A stretch of 38,274 bases of DNA from Octopus bimaculoides. Lineage: Eukaryota. The stretch covers positions 41,814,357-41,852,630 of the forward strand of contig NC_068992.1 of the NCBI RefSeq assembly GCF_001194135.2. The letters are read 5' to 3'. The stretch's first letter is position 1. Each line of letters starts with the position of its first letter. Both the position numbers and the translations under genes were made by a program. The notes beneath the pieces were generated by a model. That model was given only the letters and a program-made list of their open reading frames with translations, did no database searches and was not told where the DNA came from. Positions 35,675 to 38,274 of this stretch are shown one piece after another.

Positions 35675-36047
35675 TTGTTGTTGGCACTCCGTCACTTACG
35701 ACGTCGAGGGTTCCAGTTGATCCGATGAACGGAAGAGCCTGATCGTGAAATTAACGTGCAAATGGCTGAACACTCCACAGACACTTGAACCCTTAACGTA
35801 GTTCGCGGGGATATTCAGCGTGACACAGTGTGACAAGGCTGACCCTTTGAATTACAGGCACAACAGAAACAGGAAGTAGGAGTAAGAGAAAGTTGTGGTG
35901 GAAGAGGACAGCAGGGTTCGCCACCGTTCCCTGCCGGAGCCTCGTGGAATTTTGGGTGTTTTCGCTCAATAAACACTCACAACGCCCGGTCTGGGAATCG
36001 AAACCGCGATCCTATGAGCGCAAGTCCGCTGCCCTAACCACTGGGCT
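35675..36047 (-). mobile_element. Second tRNA-derived SINE family with (CAA)n tail
   Basis: The reverse complement begins AGCCCAGTGGTTAGGGCAGCGGAC (A box) ...GGTTTCGATTCCC (B box). It has a unique body and ends GACGGAGTGCCAACAACAAT. An RTE-type partner LINE is inferred from the (CAA)n tail only. Confidence 0.85.
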
Positions 36048-36333
36048 NNNNNNNNNNNNNNNNNNNNNNNNNNNNNNNNNNNNNNNNNNNNNNNNNNNNN
36101 NNNNNNNNNNNNNNNNNNNNNNNNNNNNNNNNNNNNNNNNNNNNNNNNNNNNNNNNNNNNNNNNNNNNNNNNNNNNNNNNNNNNNNNNNNNNNNNNNNNN
36201 NNNNNNNNNNNNNNNNNNNNNNNNNNNNNNNNNNNNNNNNNNNNNNNNNNNNNNNNNNNNNNNNNNNNNNNNNNNNNNNNNNNNNNNNNNNNNNNNNNNN
36301 NNNNNNNNNNNNNNNNNNNNNNNNNNNNNNNNN

Positions 36334-36375
<42 letters not shown>

Positions 36376-36395
36376 TATATGTATTCTTTTATATT

Positions 36396-36430
36396 TTTCA
36401 GTCCAATGACTGTGGCGATGCTGGATCATC
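36396..36430 (-). mobile_element. Isolated SINE/CR1-type tail fragment
   Basis: The reverse complement GATGATCCAGCATCGCCACAGTCATTGGACTGAAAA matches the SINE family 1 tail. Confidence 0.55.
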
Positions 36431-36533
36431 TTTCCACCTTCCTCCTTTGTCGGAGCGGATTTTGGTGAAGGATGGAGTTCGATGTTACTGCCCTTTTTTG
36501 CGTTTCTTACCTAGATATTGGCTCATATTTCTT

Positions 36534-36656
36534 TTTATTTAAAAGCAGCAGAAATATAACAAAAGACTGTTACTCGGAGTTTCACGTTCCCGATGAAGGG
36601 GAACGTGGAACTTCGAGCAGCAGTCTTTTGTTATATTTCTCTTGCTTTTAAATAAA
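36534..36656. repeat. Long inverted repeat (58-bp arms, 7-nt loop), probably an inverted PLE pseudo-LTR junction
   Basis: Arms 36534-36591 and 36599-36656 differ at 6 of 58 positions. The centre contains split hammerhead-like boxes. Confidence 0.9.
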
Positions 36657-36765
36657 GCATATTACTCTACCCCTGGTATTTGAGTATTACTTTTTCCACC
36701 TTGTTGCACATTTTCTGTGCTTACTCCGGTATATATATAGATAGATAGATTTATATATACGTATG

Positions 36766-36843
<78 letters not shown>

Positions 36844-37353
36844 CGTTCATATTCATATATCTATNNNNNNNNNNNNNNNNNNNNNNNNNNNNNNNNNNNN
36901 NNNNNNNNNNNNNNNNNNNNNNNNNNNNNNNNNNNNNNNNNNNNNNNNNNNNNNNNNNNNNNNNNNNNNNNNNNNNNNNNNNNNNNNNNNNNNNNNNNNN
37001 NNNNNNNNNNNNNNNNNNNNNNNNNNNNNNNNNNNNNNNNNNNNNNNNNNNNNNNNNNNNNNNNNNNNNNNNNNNNNNNNNNNNNNNNNNNNNNNNNNNN
37101 NNNNNNNNNNNNNNNNNNNNNNNNNNNNNNNNNNNNNNNNNNNNNNNNNNNNNNNNNNNNNNNNNNNNNNNNNNNNNNNNNNNNNNNNNNNNNNNNNNNN
37201 NNNNNNNNNNNNNNNNNNNNNNNNNNNNNNNNNNNNNNNNNNNNNNNNNNNNNNNNNNNNNNNNNNNNNNNNNNNNNNNNNNNNNNNNNNNNNNNNNNNN
37301 NNNNNNNNNNNNNNNNNNNNNNNNNNNNNNNNNNNNNNNNNNNNNNNNNNNNN

Positions 37354-37403
<50 letters not shown>

Positions 37404-38274
37404 GTGTATATATATAGAGAGAGAGAAAGACAGACAGACAGATACAGAGAAAGAAATATAAGTAGATAAACAGATGCCTCTGTGTGCATCACATATGTGG
37501 TTATATACTCATTTACATATGAAAATGCATATATTTGTGCACACACAAAGCATCTAATTATGTGTAAGCATGTGTGCATACATAAAGATATAAACAGGCA
37601 AATAATTGCCTAGATGGATAGCTAGATTGAGAGGTAGAGGGAGAGACAGACAGAATGAGTGAGAGAGAGAGAGATAGAGAGAATGATGAATATGTGGTGT
37701 ATGCATACACAAATATATGATGACAGTATATTCAACGGTTATACACAACCAAATAAGTAATACCTACCAGAATATCAAAATTTCGTAGTTTAAGGAACCA
37801 TCTATTCACTAACCCTTACCCAACTCCTCTCCCTTTGTGACTATGTCTTTCTGTCTCTGTCTTTCATATTCACACGTGCACACACTCTCACACGCTTACA
37901 ACAAAATCACACGTTCGTATATTTACGCACTTAAACGAATATTTTAGGAATAACGAAAATTTCGCTTTACAAGATTGCTTTGCAATTTATGATCCTGTTC
38001 TCTTAGAAAACGTCAGGATTATCGTCAGGATTAGTTTCAACACCGTAAGATCAATAATCGTAATCCTATTTAAAATTCCAATGTGATATACACTGTTAGT
38101 GGTCCTATTTTATTGACTCACTCGATCAACAACACACTACTATTTCAATACCATTTGCTTCTAGAAAAACGGTTACATACATATATACGTACGTACATAC
38201 ATACATACATACATACATGCATATACAAACATATACGCATAAACAGGCACACACACACACACACACACACACAC

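Noticed and set aside
35975-36047. tRNA-like sequence with A and B boxes
   Set aside because: It runs directly into a SINE body and tail, so it is a SINE head, not a tRNA gene.

Overview
This is a gene-poor, repeat-dense animal genomic window, AT-rich, with abundant microsatellites and 14 N-gaps. The microsatellite load and SINE families suggest a cephalopod (octopus-like) draft assembly; this is inference, not verified. I found no intact host gene, tRNA/rRNA gene or CRISPR array. The long ORFs are N-gap or microsatellite artefacts, or decayed transposon reading frames. The window contains three diverged R4/Dong-type (RT + CCHC + restriction-like endonuclease) retrotransposon copies, two of them stacked in (TAA)n arrays. 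It also contains a CR1/Jockey-type LINE whose 3' end matches the tail of the main local SINE, several tRNA-derived SINEs, three mariner-derived MITEs, a Tc1-type fragment with 36-residue D-E spacing, and a possible pogo/Tigger relic. There are five Penelope-like element (PLE) relics. The best signal is a PLE pseudo-LTR carrying a minimal type I hammerhead ribozyme. It appears as two identical tandem copies ahead of a Penelope RT ORF (29373-29415 and 29713-29755, minus strand). A diverged solo homologue at 23831-23886 has different but still complementary stems. A degenerate version sits at the centre of a 58-bp-arm inverted repeat (36534-36656). PLE hammerheads are a known class; whether these particular families are described cannot be judged without a database search.
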